From positions 1 through 61,783 of the forward strand of contig JAZQJQ010000086.1 of assembly GCA_045541735.1 (NCBI GenBank): a stretch of DNA of 61,783 bases, written 5' to 3'. The translations under genes and the position numbers were made by a program. The notes under the pieces were generated by a model, which worked only from the letters and a program-made list of their open reading frames with translations, was not told where the DNA came from and searched no databases. This DNA is from Eubacteriales bacterium. GTDB taxonomy: Bacteria > Bacillota > Clostridia > Oscillospirales > CAG-272. Shown one piece after another: positions 44,349 through 53,981 of the stretch (its first letter is position 1; every line of letters starts with the position of its first letter).

Positions 44349-45246
44349 CCGTATGAGCCGCATTACTGCGGCAGGAAACGAAGCGAAGATGATGATGGGC
44401 AAAACCCCGCCGCACATCACCGCTTGTGCACCGATAAAGGACGGAGTTATTGCGGATTTTGACGTTGCTGCTGGAATGCTTGAATACTTCTTCCGCTCCG
44501 AGGCGGGTGCGATGATGATACTCAGCCGCCCTAAGGTCTATCTTTCCGTTCCGCACTGTGCAACAAGCACCGAAAGACGTTCGTTTATCGAGGTGGCGGC
44601 AAAGGCAGGCGCGAAGAACGTTATGCTTGTGCCCGAAACACTTGCCGCGGCTGTCGGCATGAAGATGAAGATAGAAGAGCCTAAGGGAAAGATGATAGTA
44701 AACATAGGCGGCGGAACTACGGAGGCAAGCGTGATCTCTTTTGGCGGGGCCGTACTTACCAATTCCATACGTGTGGGCGGTTCTGCATTCGACCGTGCAA
44801 TTATGAATTTTATGCGCCGCAGATACGGCGTTACCATCGGCGAGGTAACGGCAGAGCTGCTTAAAAAAGATATCGGAAGCGTTATGCAGACCGAAGGCAA
44901 TCCCCACGCAAACGTACACGCAAGTGCGCACGGAGCACCCGTTGCCATAAAGGTACATTCGTCCGACCTGCGTGAGCCTCTGCGTATGCAGGCAAGTCAG
45001 ATAATCGAGTGCATCCGAGCCGCATTTGAAAGAACGCCGCCCGAGCTTTGCTCTGATATCAGAGAAAGCGGAATAGTTCTTACCGGCGGCGGAGCGTGCC
45101 TGCGCGGTCTCGATGCTCTCATAGAGCAGAAAACGGGAATCCGCACCTATTGCGCGAAAAAACCTCTTGATTCCGTTGTGATGGGTCTCGGCGCTATAAT
45201 CGACTCTGGAGATAAGTTCGGGATTGCGGAGCGCACTGATAGGTAA
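44245..45246 (+). CDS. mreB: Rod-shape-determining protein MreB
   Basis: FGIDMGTSNTRIYV and an actin-fold phosphate motif (NIGGGTTE). Confidence 0.95.
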   Translation: MGKIFGIDMGTSNTRIYVKGSGIKVREPSVVAVDNRMSRITAAGNEAKMMMGKTPPHITACAPIKDGVIADFDVAAGMLEYFFRSEAGAMMILSRPKVYLSVPHCATSTERRSFIEVAAKAGAKNVMLVPETLAAAVGMKMKIEEPKGKMIVNIGGGTTEASVISFGGAVLTNSIRVGGSAFDRAIMNFMRRRYGVTIGEVTAELLKKDIGSVMQTEGNPHANVHASAHGAPVAIKVHSSDLREPLRMQASQIIECIRAAFERTPPELCSDIRESGIVLTGGGACLRGLDALIEQKTGIRTYCAKKPLDSVVMGLGAIIDSGDKFGIAERTDR

Positions 45247-45317
45247 GAGATAAAAGATAAGAGAAAATGAAGAAGACCGCTGAAGCGGTTTTCGTCCTTC
45301 ACTTTTAAGGAGCGGCT

Positions 45318-46193
45318 ATGGCAAGGTTTTTTAAAAATCGGTTCTTTGTTATATTAATATGCGTTGCCATAGTGCTGACGGTCGTACCTACGGTGCTTTC
45401 CCTCACCGGCAACAGCGGGCTTATCCGCAACGCGGCAAATGCCGTTATATCGCCCGTGCGCCATTTGTTTGTATGGATAGGCGACGGATTTGCTGGATAT
45501 GCCGAGTATTTTACGGAGTTTGACCGAGTGCGCGACGAAAATGCTGAGCTTCGCTCTCAGCTTGATGCATTAAAGGACAGGATATATGATGCGGACGTAA
45601 AAAACGAGGAGAACGCTTGGCTCCGCACTTTCCTTGCTCTTAAACGCGAGAACGAGGATTTTGAGCTTTGCGATGCACTGATAATCGGCAGGGAAAGCGG
45701 AAATTATATGACCGTCTTTACGCTCGACCGAGGCTCCTCTTCCGGAGTTGAGGTCAATATGCCCGTTGTGACCGCCGAGGGCGTTGTGGGTTATATCACC
45801 GAGGTGGGCATCAACTGGAGCAAGGCGGCAACGATACTTGAATATACTGCGTCTGTCGGTGTATATTGCGAAAGAAGCGGTGCGCTCGGTCTATGCGAGG
45901 GTACGTATGAGCTTCGCTCTCAGGCCAAGTGCGCTGTCAATTATTTAAGCGAGGATGCCGACGTAAAACCGGGTGACCGCTTTGTTACAAGCGGACTCGG
46001 CGGTATCTACCCCAGAGGACTGTGTGTCGGCGAGGTCATTGCGGTCTACCCCGATAATTACAGCAGGGGCCTTGTTGCCGAGATAACTCCGCTCGCGGAT
46101 CTCAGCTCACTTTCGCGGGTGATGATAATCACGGGATATGAGGACGATGCTCCCGGTGCGGAAGCAGCTGATGACGGAGGTACGGAGGAATGA
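45318..46193 (+). CDS. mreC: Rod-shape-determining protein MreC
   Basis: N-terminal TM, coiled-coil (ENAELRSQLDALK) and beta-barrel C domain. Synteny supports the call. Confidence 0.85.
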   Translation: MARFFKNRFFVILICVAIVLTVVPTVLSLTGNSGLIRNAANAVISPVRHLFVWIGDGFAGYAEYFTEFDRVRDENAELRSQLDALKDRIYDADVKNEENAWLRTFLALKRENEDFELCDALIIGRESGNYMTVFTLDRGSSSGVEVNMPVVTAEGVVGYITEVGINWSKAATILEYTASVGVYCERSGALGLCEGTYELRSQAKCAVNYLSEDADVKPGDRFVTSGLGGIYPRGLCVGEVIAVYPDNYSRGLVAEITPLADLSSLSRVMIITGYEDDAPGAEAADDGGTEE

Positions 46194-46717
46194 GCTTTCA
46201 GGTACGTTCCTCGGTGCTTTACAAATTGCTTAATTACGGTATCGTATTCTTTTTTGTTTTGATGCTGGAGACCGTTACGCTTCCCCTTGCCGGTGCCGGT
46301 ACTGTGCCCGATCTTGTTCTTTGCGCGGTGGTTGCCGTAGGTATGGCGGAGGATGAGCGCACGGCGGGCATCTGCGGTGTTTCCGCGGGATTCTTTATTG
46401 ATGCCTTCGGTGCTGTGGGACTATGCATATCGCCGCTGCTTTACGGGCTTTGCGGTTATCTCACGGGAGTGCTGGTGCGCTTTGTTTTGCGCCGCAATCT
46501 CCCCTCCTATGTTATTTACGTTGCGTGTGCCGCCGCGGCGCGCTCTGTCATTACCCTTATGACTGTGTTCGTGCGCCAAAACACGGTGCCGCTGTATTCG
46601 GCATTTGCGGATATTCTTATACCCGAATTTTCACTTACTGTGTTATGCTCCCCCGTTTTATATCTCATTATCGTACTTCCGCTTGCAAGGAAGAATAAGC
46701 AAAGTCTGAAGAACTGA
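46190..46717 (+). CDS. mreD: Rod-shape-determining protein MreD
   Basis: 175-aa polytopic membrane protein. 4-nt overlap with mreC. Confidence 0.75.
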   Translation: MSFQVRSSVLYKLLNYGIVFFFVLMLETVTLPLAGAGTVPDLVLCAVVAVGMAEDERTAGICGVSAGFFIDAFGAVGLCISPLLYGLCGYLTGVLVRFVLRRNLPSYVIYVACAAAARSVITLMTVFVRQNTVPLYSAFADILIPEFSLTVLCSPVLYLIIVLPLARKNKQSLKN

Positions 46718-46727
46718 CGGGAAAGAT

Positions 46728-48845
46728 ATGAAAAGAAAACGCACAAATCCGATGCGCTACGTTTTTCTGTGCGCGCTCGTTGTCGGAGTTGCGCTTGTGT
46801 ATATCGCAAGGCTGATAAATCTGCAGTTTGTCAGCGCGGATAATTACAAGTACGTTTCCGATTATACATATACGCGTACGGAAAAGATAAAGGCGCAGAG
46901 GGGAGAGATCTACGACCGCAACGGCGTACCCCTCGTAACAAATGAATATTATTACAATATACTGCTCGATTACGGCGATATACCTGCAGATGCCGAGGGA
47001 TTTAACCGCGCAGTTCTTAACGTAGTGCTTGCCGCGGAAAAATGCGGAGAGACAGACAAGCTTACCGACCCGGCTTATCCCGTAAACGAGGTGGACGGCA
47101 AGCTTGAATTTACCGAAAACTATCAGGTCGGAGGTAAGTACAGAAATAAGCTGATACGTCTGCTTTGCGAGCTTGAGTACGGCGGCAAGTCACTTAGCGA
47201 TGAGCAGAGAAAAAGCGTTTGCGAGGCAATAAGTCCCGCTCAGCTTAAAGAGTTTCTTTTGAAGCGCTACAAGCTTGCGGATGAAAACGGCGAAGCGCTT
47301 TATTCCGAAAAGGAGATGCAGATCTTACTTGAGCGCCGTTTTGCCCTTGATATGATAAGCTTTTCCCCCACAAACAGCTACGTGTATGCAGAGGACGTGA
47401 GTATGGAATTCATTACTCTGTGTGCGGAATCGGGCGGCAGAGGAATGATCACGGAAAAGCATTTCCGCAGAGTTTATCATTATCCCGGTTATGCCTCTCA
47501 CATTCTTGGCAGAATGGGCAAGATAACCGCAGATACCTACGATAAGTACGTGGCTCTCGGCTACAGCCTTGACGAATACGTAGGCGTATCGGGCGCTGAG
47601 ATGATATTTGAAAGCTATCTGCGCGGTATTGACGGCGAGATAGTTATTACTGAGGATGAATCGGGCAATATCATCGACAAGCAAATTAAAAAAGAGGCGA
47701 TACCCGGCAAGGACATCCGTCTTACGATAGATATAAATATCCAGATGGCGGCGGAGGATTCGCTTGCCGCCACTATTGCAGGCATCGTAAAGGATGCAAA
47801 GGCAAAACCCGGTACACTGGACGGCGAGGATGCCGATGCAGGTGCAGTTACGGCAATATCGCCTGTAACCGGCGAGGTGCTTGCACTTGCTTCATATCCC
47901 ACTTACGACCTTTCCACCTTTGCGGATAATATAGATACACTCTTTACTGACGAGCGCACTCCCCTTGTAAACCGCGCACTCAACGGTCTTTACCCCCCCG
48001 GTTCAACCTTCAAGCCCGGTACGGCGGCGGCTTCGCTTGCGGAGAAGGTGATAACCTACGATACGATAATCGTGGATAACGGAAGGTACACATTTTACGA
48101 AGACTATCAGCCTCGTTGCTGGTATTATCTTATGTACGGACTTTCCCACGGACCGTTGAACGTAGTGGGCGCCTTGCAGAACTCCTGCAACATCTTTTTC
48201 TTTGAGTGCGGACGTCTTCTTACCATAGAAAAGCTTAATGAATACTGCCGCGGCTACGGCCTCGGTCAGCCGACGGGTATAGAATACCCCGAGGCAACGG
48301 GCATCCTTGCCGGTCCCGATTACGTGGAATCAAGCGGTCTCGGCTCCTGGGGCCCCGGTGATACGCTTCAGGCAGCTATCGGGCAGTCGTACAATACCTT
48401 TACACCCCTGCAGCTTTCCGTTTACATATCAACACTTACAAACGGCGGAACGCGATACCGTGCGCGTCTGCTTCACTCCGTATACGATTATGCAAGCGGA
48501 GATTGTGTTTATACCGTCCCCTCAGACATTGTGAGTACGATGGAGCTTACGGAGGAGGTCGTAGGTCAGATAAAGACTGCAATGCAGAACGTAAACGAAA
48601 ACGGCTCCACCGCAAAGATATTCGACGGCTACCCCATTACCATGGGCGGCAAAACGGGTACGGCACAGATAAGCAAGACCGCAAGCGATAACGGAGTTTT
48701 CGTTGCCTTTGCGCCTGTTGATAAGCCTGAGATAGTTGTGTCTGCGGTCGTTGAGCACGGCGCAAGCGGTACTCCGTTGGGTGCCGTTGCAAAAAGCATT
48801 TTCGACTGTTATTTCGGTTTGGATAAAGAGAATGAGCAGAAATAA
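46728..48845 (+). CDS. mrdA: Penicillin-binding protein 2 (elongation-specific transpeptidase)
   Basis: Motifs STFKP, SCN and KTGTA. Synteny after mreD. Confidence 0.9.
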   Translation: MKRKRTNPMRYVFLCALVVGVALVYIARLINLQFVSADNYKYVSDYTYTRTEKIKAQRGEIYDRNGVPLVTNEYYYNILLDYGDIPADAEGFNRAVLNVVLAAEKCGETDKLTDPAYPVNEVDGKLEFTENYQVGGKYRNKLIRLLCELEYGGKSLSDEQRKSVCEAISPAQLKEFLLKRYKLADENGEALYSEKEMQILLERRFALDMISFSPTNSYVYAEDVSMEFITLCAESGGRGMITEKHFRRVYHYPGYASHILGRMGKITADTYDKYVALGYSLDEYVGVSGAEMIFESYLRGIDGEIVITEDESGNIIDKQIKKEAIPGKDIRLTIDINIQMAAEDSLAATIAGIVKDAKAKPGTLDGEDADAGAVTAISPVTGEVLALASYPTYDLSTFADNIDTLFTDERTPLVNRALNGLYPPGSTFKPGTAAASLAEKVITYDTIIVDNGRYTFYEDYQPRCWYYLMYGLSHGPLNVVGALQNSCNIFFFECGRLLTIEKLNEYCRGYGLGQPTGIEYPEATGILAGPDYVESSGLGSWGPGDTLQAAIGQSYNTFTPLQLSVYISTLTNGGTRYRARLLHSVYDYASGDCVYTVPSDIVSTMELTEEVVGQIKTAMQNVNENGSTAKIFDGYPITMGGKTGTAQISKTASDNGVFVAFAPVDKPEIVVSAVVEHGASGTPLGAVAKSIFDCYFGLDKENEQK

Positions 48846-49500
48846 AGAAAAAAAGATCGACCTCACCGCGCTTGCGGCTGAGGTCGGAGCACGTCTTGAG
48901 AAGATATACCCGAATGCCGAGTGCGCCCTTGATTACAAGGGCGATGCGTGGCGGCTGTTCGTTATGGCGCGCCTGAGTGCACAATGCACGGATAAAAGAG
49001 TAAATGAGGTATCAGAGGCGCTTTTCGCGGAGATACCCACACCTGCCGATGCCGCAAGCATTTCCAAAGAAAGGCTGGAGGAGCTTATCCGCTCCTGCGG
49101 CCTTTTCAGAGAGAAGGCGAAAAATATCCGCGAGAGCGCGGCTGTGATAGTTGAAAAACACGGAGGAAAGATACCCGATAACGAAAAGGATCTTCTCGCC
49201 CTGCCAGGTGTGGGAAGAAAAATAGCAAATCTCCTGCTCGGCGACCTTTACGGCAGGGGCGGAGTTGTGTGCGATACGCATTTTATGCGCATCTGCGGGC
49301 GCCTCGGCTTTTACGAGGAGGGAATGAAGGATCCTACGAAATGCGAACGGATAATGAACCCCATCGTTCCTATGGAAAAACGCGCCGATCTCTGCCACCG
49401 CATCGTGTTTTTCGGCAGGGAATATTGCGTTGCCCGCGGCAATGACTGCACAAAATGTCCCCTAAACGACATCTGCCGCGCAGGGAAGAGGGGTGTATGA
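48832..49500 (+). CDS. nth: Endonuclease III
   Basis: Start at MSRNKEKK. HhH motif LPGVGRKIANL and 4Fe-4S motif C-x6-C-x2-C-x5-C. Confidence 0.9.
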   Translation: MSRNKEKKIDLTALAAEVGARLEKIYPNAECALDYKGDAWRLFVMARLSAQCTDKRVNEVSEALFAEIPTPADAASISKERLEELIRSCGLFREKAKNIRESAAVIVEKHGGKIPDNEKDLLALPGVGRKIANLLLGDLYGRGGVVCDTHFMRICGRLGFYEEGMKDPTKCERIMNPIVPMEKRADLCHRIVFFGREYCVARGNDCTKCPLNDICRAGKRGV

Positions 49501-50090
49501 ATAGGGAATCGGCGGAAAGAAAACGAAACCGCCTGAAAAGTTATGATTACAGTTCTGCGGGTATGTATTTTATAACGATATGCACCGCACAAAGACGTAA
49601 TTATTTTTGGGCTGTTACGGACATTAATTTGGACGTAGGGGCGACCATCGGTCGTCCGCAAAATGCGGATAACCCTTCGTCAAACGCGGGGGCGTGCATT
49701 GCACGTCCGCAACCCATTGTTGAATATTCATCTCCGCAGGATGTTAAATTATCCGATTACGGAAAGATTGTGGACGAGGCAATAAACAATATTCCGAATA
49801 TATACCCGGCATTGACGGTAGAAAAGTACGTTATAATGCCCGATCATATTCATTTGTTGTTGCATATTTGTGCAGACGAGTACGGACGACCGATGGTCAC
49901 CCCTACAATATCTCGGGTAGTTCAGCAGATGAAGGGGTACGTTACAAAGCGCCTTGGTGTTTCCGTATGGCAAAAGCTGTTCTTTGATCATGTTATCAGA
50001 AACCGCCGCGATTATGAAGAACACGTAAAATACATATACAACAACCCAAGGCATTGGTATCTTGACGAGTTATATTCTGAAGAAAAATGA
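49497..50090 (+). CDS. REP-associated tyrosine transposase-like protein (HUH/Y1, IS200/IS605 TnpA superfamily)
   Basis: YDYSSAGMYFITICT, HUH motif DHIHLLL and catalytic-Tyr region VKYIYNNP. The ATG overlaps the nth stop (ATGA). Confidence 0.8.
   Translation: MNRESAERKRNRLKSYDYSSAGMYFITICTAQRRNYFWAVTDINLDVGATIGRPQNADNPSSNAGACIARPQPIVEYSSPQDVKLSDYGKIVDEAINNIPNIYPALTVEKYVIMPDHIHLLLHICADEYGRPMVTPTISRVVQQMKGYVTKRLGVSVWQKLFFDHVIRNRRDYEEHVKYIYNNPRHWYLDELYSEEK
49635..49710 (+). repeat. Two direct REP-like units inside the RAYT ORF (R4a, R4b)
   Basis: gtaggggcgaccatcggtcgtccgc (49635-49659) and gggggcgtgcattgcacgtccgc (49688-49710). Exact matches to the arms of R3. Confidence 0.85.
49883..49906 (-). 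repeat. Inverted REP-like unit inside the RAYT ORF (R5)
   Basis: cggacgaccgatggtcacccctac is the reverse complement of R4a with one mismatch. Confidence 0.8.
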
Positions 50091-50120
50091 CCGCAAAGCG
50101 TTCGCTGTACGGTCATTTTT
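50086..50120. terminator. Bidirectional terminator between the RAYT gene and mscL
   Basis: aatgaccg...cggtcatt followed by ttt. Confidence 0.6.
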
Positions 50121-50126
50121 GTATTC

Positions 50127-50663
50127 TTACTTATTCTTCATCAGATCGCGGATCTCGGCGAGCAGCTTTGCCTGCTCGATGATGCTTGCGTCAAGTGCTG
50201 CCTGCTTTTCAGCTGCAAGCTTAGCCGCTTCAGCTGCCGCTGCCTTTTCAGCCTCTGCCTTCTTCTTTGCCTCTTCAGCTTTTTCCTTTTCTTCCTCGAT
50301 CTTCTTGTATTCAAGTCCGTTTCTTATCTTGGTGATAATGTGCACCATAACGAACACGCAGAATGCGGTGATAAGGAAGTCGATAATAGTCTGGAGCCAG
50401 GTACCCCAAAGAATAGCTACCTCGGGGGTAACTATCTTGCCTGCTTCGTCAACTACTGCCTCGGTAATGATGGTCTTGATGGAGTCAAGACCGCCCTTTT
50501 TCATAACAAGGTTAACTGCGGGGTTGATGATGTTGTTAACAAGTCCGGTAACTATCTTGCTGAAGGAGCCGCCGACTACAACACCGACCGCCATATCTAC
50601 CACGTTGCCGCGGGAGATGAATGCTTTAAAATCTTTCCAGAATGTGCTCTTTTTCTTAGCCAT
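50127..50663 (-). CDS. mscL: Large-conductance mechanosensitive channel with an extended charged C-terminal tail
   Basis: FISRGNVVDMAVGVVVGGSF. 178 aa. Confidence 0.9.
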   Translation of the reverse strand: MAKKKSTFWKDFKAFISRGNVVDMAVGVVVGGSFSKIVTGLVNNIINPAVNLVMKKGGLDSIKTIITEAVVDEAGKIVTPEVAILWGTWLQTIIDFLITAFCVFVMVHIITKIRNGLEYKKIEEEKEKAEEAKKKAEAEKAAAAEAAKLAAEKQAALDASIIEQAKLLAEIRDLMKNK

Positions 50664-50700
50664 GGTGAATTCTCCTTACGAAAAATTTTTAACTGAGATG

Positions 50701-50729
50701 ATTTTAGCACATATTTTTACGCATATCAA
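50701..50729 (-). promoter_or_regulatory. Candidate mscL promoter
   Basis: On the minus strand, TTGATA - 17 nt - TAAAAT. Confidence 0.45.
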
Positions 50730-50765
50730 CATTTTTGCGCAAAATTCGATAAAAATATTATAAGA

Positions 50766-51485
50766 TCATTTGTCTTCCGTGAGGGAATTCATTATATGCG
50801 CGGCGATGAAAAGTCCTGCAGCGGCGGGGACGGGGGCGCAGGAGCCGGGTACGTTTCTTCCGTTTTCGTTTTCAGTATTGCCGCGGGGTATTTCCGAGCT
50901 CCACAGCACGGGGCATTTTTTAACGCCTTCTTTTTTCAGCTTTATGCGCATTGCCCTTGCAAGGGGGCATGTATCGGTCTTGTAAATATCGGAGATACGC
51001 AGTTTTGACGGGTCGGTCTTGTTTCCGGTTCCCATTGAGGAGATGACCTTGATGCCGCGCTCGGTTGCCGCCTTGATAAGCGCCGCCTTTGCGGAAACGT
51101 TGTCGATACAGTCGGCAATAAAATCGCATTCACCGAATTCGTCTATTATTTTTGCTGCGTTATCGGCGGTAACGAATTCCTTTATCTTAATTATCTCCGT
51201 TGCGGGGGAAATGCTCTTTGCGCGTTTTTCGGCGGCATCGCATTTATGCTCGCCGATATTCTCAAGTGTGGCAAGTATCTGGCGGTTGAGGTTGGTTTCG
51301 TTTACCTCATCGCAGTCGACCGCACCTATAGCGGCAACTCCAAGTCGGCACAGCGCCTCAAAAACGTATCCACCGACACCCCCGAGCCCGAAAAGCAGAA
51401 TTCTTGCATTCGCAAGCTTCTCGGTATTTTTCTCGCCGAGCACCCTTTTCGTGCGGTCATATATAGGTTTCGTTAAATCTGCCAT
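50766..51485 (-). CDS. tcdA: tRNA threonylcarbamoyladenosine dehydratase (ThiF/MoeB-fold, TcdA-like)
   Basis: ILLFGLGGVGG, NLNRQ. Start chosen at MADLTKP (ATG with GGGAG 8 nt upstream). The ORF-track start at 51539 is a TTG. Confidence 0.8.
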   Translation of the reverse strand: MADLTKPIYDRTKRVLGEKNTEKLANARILLFGLGGVGGYVFEALCRLGVAAIGAVDCDEVNETNLNRQILATLENIGEHKCDAAEKRAKSISPATEIIKIKEFVTADNAAKIIDEFGECDFIADCIDNVSAKAALIKAATERGIKVISSMGTGNKTDPSKLRISDIYKTDTCPLARAMRIKLKKEGVKKCPVLWSSEIPRGNTENENGRNVPGSCAPVPAAAGLFIAAHIMNSLTEDK

Positions 51486-51535
51486 TTTAGAGTCTCCCGT
51501 GTTTTTTACTATTGTATCAATCGCTTTTTCATATG

Positions 51536-52327
51536 TCAAGGGCGTGTGATCCTGAAGCCTCTCCTGTATTCAGACGGGGTCATATGCATCTGCTGCTTGA
51601 AGATACGCATAAAATGCACGTTGCTCTCATAGCCGCAGGCGTTCGATATTGCCGTAACTGTCATATTACTTGCGGACAGCAGGTATTTGGCGCGGTCTAT
51701 TCTGCCGTTTTTGACGTCGTTCGTTATGCTCGTTCCGAAGAACAGCTTATATAGATGCTGAATGTAAGAGCGGCTGAGCATCAGCTTTTTGCCGATACGG
51801 TCAATGCTCCAATTTTTATGCGGCTCAAGCTGTATCTCGTTTCTCAGCTTGCAGAGCTGTGGGTAGTGAGGATGCTCGCGCTCCGTTCCGTCTGCCGAAA
51901 GCTTTTCGGAAAGCTTTAGAAGAATAAGGTCGAAATACCGCTTCATAGAGGCAGTCCTGTGCAGATTGCTTGAATTATTTTCGAAAACTATGCTCTTGAT
52001 AAACGCGGAAAGCTCGCCGGCTTCGCCAAGGGGGATGACCGTGTCAAACGGTATTCCAAAATGGGAAAACAGCTCTTCCTCTCCGGGGTCAAGCTCAAAA
52101 TGTATCCAATCGTTTGTAAATCCATCTCCCGCCGCACCGTAGATCTGAGGCGTGCCCTTTTTGTAGATCAGTGCACTGTTTGGGTTAATGAGATTTTTTT
52201 CTCCGTTTAATACCGCAAACGCCTCCGAGCGTATTAATAAAAGCAAAAAGTCACCTGAGCCCGAAGGTCTGTTGATCTTGAAATTTGCTCCATGGCGGTA
52301 GTTGAAGCCTGTTTTTACAACTTCCAT
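51536..52327 (-). CDS. AraC-family transcriptional regulator
   Basis: Cupin-like N domain plus C-terminal double HTH (SISNACGYESNVHFMRIFKQ). Start at MEVVKTG, with AGGGAG upstream. Confidence 0.85.
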   Translation of the reverse strand: MEVVKTGFNYRHGANFKINRPSGSGDFLLLLIRSEAFAVLNGEKNLINPNSALIYKKGTPQIYGAAGDGFTNDWIHFELDPGEEELFSHFGIPFDTVIPLGEAGELSAFIKSIVFENNSSNLHRTASMKRYFDLILLKLSEKLSADGTEREHPHYPQLCKLRNEIQLEPHKNWSIDRIGKKLMLSRSYIQHLYKLFFGTSITNDVKNGRIDRAKYLLSASNMTVTAISNACGYESNVHFMRIFKQQMHMTPSEYRRGFRITRP

Positions 52328-52436
52328 TTTTCTCCCTAAAGCACAAAACATCAGTATAATTGCATTATACTATATTGCTGTCATCTTTTCAAGATGGTAT
52401 ATTAGAATCAAGAATGATACGAAAGGGGAAACCATA

Positions 52437-53936
52437 ATGAAAGCAAAAATAACGGTCAATAAAAAGTTTAGAATAAGCGAGATCGACAGACGTATCTACG
52501 GCTCCTTTATCGAACATTTGGGACGGGCGGTGTACGAGGGGATCTACGAGCCTGATCATCCCACGGCGGATGACTGCGGCTTTCGCGGCGACGTGCTTGA
52601 GATGGTAAAAAGTCTCAACGTGCCGATAGTGCGTTATCCCGGCGGAAATTTCGTTTCCGGATATAATTGGGAGGACGGCACCGGCGATAGATCCAAGCGT
52701 CCCAAGAGAATGGATCTCGCGTGGGGAGCGGTTGAATCCAATCAGGTAGGTATTGATGAGTTTCAGGAATGGGCCAAGCGCGCGGGAAGCGAAGTGATGA
52801 TGGCTGTTAATCTCGGCACAAGAGGAATGGACGATGCGCGCAACTGTGTTGAATACTGCAATTCCACAGCCGACACGCTTTACGCAAACAAGCGCCGCGA
52901 AAACGGCTTTGAGGAGCCTTTCGGCATTAAGGTATGGTGCCTCGGCAACGAGATGGACGGCCCTTGGCAGCTTGGCCACAAGACTGCAGAGGAATACGGC
53001 TGCCTTGCCGCGGAAACGGCAAAGGTGATGAAGAGGGCGGATAACACCATCAAGCTCGTTGTCTGCGGAGGCACGGGTTACGGCAGAAGCGGCGAATGGG
53101 AATATACTGTGCTTGATCACACTTATCCCCACGTTGATTATATCTCCCTGCACACGTATTTTGAAAACAAGGAGAATAATACCCCCAAGTTCCTTGCCCG
53201 CACAGAGGAGATGAACGATTACATAAACGGTGTTGTCGCGCTTTGCGATTCCGTTAAGCTGAAGCAAAAGGCAAAAAAGACCATAAATCTCTCCTATGAC
53301 GAATGGAACGTTTGGTTCCACAGCCAGCAGGAGGATGCGCAAAACAGGGATAGGGACAGATGGACGGAGGCAAGACACCAGCTTGAGGACGTTTATAATT
53401 TTGAGGATGCTCTCGTTGTCGGATGTATGCTTATGACGCTTCAGAACCACTCCGACCGCGTTAAGATGGCGTGCCTTGCACAGCTTGTAAACGTTATTGC
53501 CCCCATAATGACTGAAAAGGGCGGCAAGGCTTGGGCACAGACTATCTTTTATCCATTCTTCTACGCTTCAAACTTCGGCAAAGGCGCAACCCTGCGCGCC
53601 ATAGTTGAGAGCGATACTTACGACGTTGCGGGATATCGAAAGGAAGTTCCGTATTTGGTTACAAGCGTTATCCACAACGCGGAGGCAGGGGAACTTGTGG
53701 TCTACGCCGTAAACCGCTCTCTTGACGAGGATATAGAGCCGGAGCTTGATATCGAGGGCTTTGCATCCTGCGAGCTTTTCGAGCATATAGAGCTTTATCA
53801 CGATGATTTCAAGGCAGTAAACGATAAGGACACGGAGCGCGTGGCTCCCGCAAAGGTAGAAATAAACGCCCATGGTAAGATCGTGCTTAAAAAGCATTCC
53901 TGGAATATGCTCAGATTTAAGGTAAACGATCGATAA
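52437..53936 (+). CDS. abfA: Intracellular GH51 alpha-L-arabinofuranosidase
   Basis: RIYGSFIEHLGRAVYEGIY, RYPGGNFVSGYNWEDG, WCLGNEMDG. Start at MKAKITV. Confidence 0.9.
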   Translation: MKAKITVNKKFRISEIDRRIYGSFIEHLGRAVYEGIYEPDHPTADDCGFRGDVLEMVKSLNVPIVRYPGGNFVSGYNWEDGTGDRSKRPKRMDLAWGAVESNQVGIDEFQEWAKRAGSEVMMAVNLGTRGMDDARNCVEYCNSTADTLYANKRRENGFEEPFGIKVWCLGNEMDGPWQLGHKTAEEYGCLAAETAKVMKRADNTIKLVVCGGTGYGRSGEWEYTVLDHTYPHVDYISLHTYFENKENNTPKFLARTEEMNDYINGVVALCDSVKLKQKAKKTINLSYDEWNVWFHSQQEDAQNRDRDRWTEARHQLEDVYNFEDALVVGCMLMTLQNHSDRVKMACLAQLVNVIAPIMTEKGGKAWAQTIFYPFFYASNFGKGATLRAIVESDTYDVAGYRKEVPYLVTSVIHNAEAGELVVYAVNRSLDEDIEPELDIEGFASCELFEHIELYHDDFKAVNDKDTERVAPAKVEINAHGKIVLKKHSWNMLRFKVNDR

Positions 53937-53981
53937 AACTGCGCAACGAACCAATTTAAAATCCAAATTGGAGAGTATAAT

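Noticed and set aside
45273-45293. Weak hairpin (accgc-tgaa-gcggt plus tttt) between mreB and mreC as a terminator
   Set aside because: The stem is only 5 bp. It is possibly a partial attenuator but is too weak to call from sequence alone.
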